A stretch of DNA of 64,000 nt, taken from positions 73,596,001 through 73,660,000 of the forward strand of contig NC_086108.1 in NCBI RefSeq assembly GCF_963921235.1. Reading direction: 5' to 3'. Each line of letters begins with the position of its first letter. Positions within the stretch are counted from its first letter, which is position 1. This document shows, one piece after another, positions 63,525 to 64,000 of this stretch. Origin of the DNA: Mobula hypostoma (Eukaryota). Made by a program: the position numbers and the translations under genes. Below the pieces are notes generated by a model. That model made no database searches and had not been told where the DNA came from. It saw only the letters and a list, made by a program, of their open reading frames with translations.

Positions 63525-64000
63525 TACCCCCTCTTTCTGTAAGGTCTAACAGTATGGTAAAATTTCAATAGACCAAACCAAAATGAAGAGAAAAGAGAAT
63601 TCAAGGTAAGTCATGGAAATTATAACAGAAAAGCACAAGTCTGGAGAAGGGTATAAGACCATCTCAAAGGAACTGAACATACCTTAGACCTCAGTGCAGT
63701 CCACCACACTGCCCAGGTCAGACCATCCCTCTAAACTTAGTCATGGAGAGGAATGGAACTTGTAAGAGAGGCTACTATAATGCCAACAGTCATTCTCATT
63801 GAGTGACAGAAGTCAGTGGCTGTAACTGGAGATGAAGTTCATGTCTCCACAATCTCCAAGACCTTGTACAAAAAGGGTATTTATGGAAGAGTGGCAAGGA
63901 AAATATCCTGGCTAAAAAAAAAATGCACACCCTTGCCCATTACGACTTTGCAAAGTGTCACTTAGAAGATACTGTAAGGATGTGAAAGAAGGTCTTGTGG
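63525..64000 (+). mobile_element. Tc1-like transposase 5' remnant (different subfamily), running off the window
   Basis: MKRKENSR...EKHKSGEGYKTISKELNIP at about 63583-63683. Confidence 0.7.

Overview
Vertebrate genomic DNA, probably from a cartilaginous fish such as a ray or skate (inferred from the HE1/V-SINE, CR1, Rex1 and Penelope repeat mix). The only cellular gene I can support is the 3' end of MAST2 on the minus strand: three coding exons at 62397-62261, 54092-53905 and 50683-48516, plus a probable 3' UTR down to about 47070. Most of the rest is decayed, often nested transposable elements: a full-length RTE LINE (13655-19760, 11-bp TSD) with a Tx1 LINE inside its 5' UTR, two Penelope-like elements carrying minimal hammerhead ribozymes, two Tc1 elements, a Gmr1-like Gypsy LTR element with nearly intact gag-protease but a fragmented pol, a solo LTR of a related family, and L1, CR1, Rex1, mariner and SINE remnants. 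The best lead is a putative HDV-like ribozyme with an enlarged L3 at the exact 5' end of the RTE. It is visible only after removing the Tx1 insertion. Other leads are a ~330-bp inverted repeat broken by later insertions and a four-level nest (CR1>Tc1>L1>Penelope) containing a twin-primed L1. I cannot show a wholly new system from sequence alone. All family names and RNA folds were assigned by eye and need database or folding checks.
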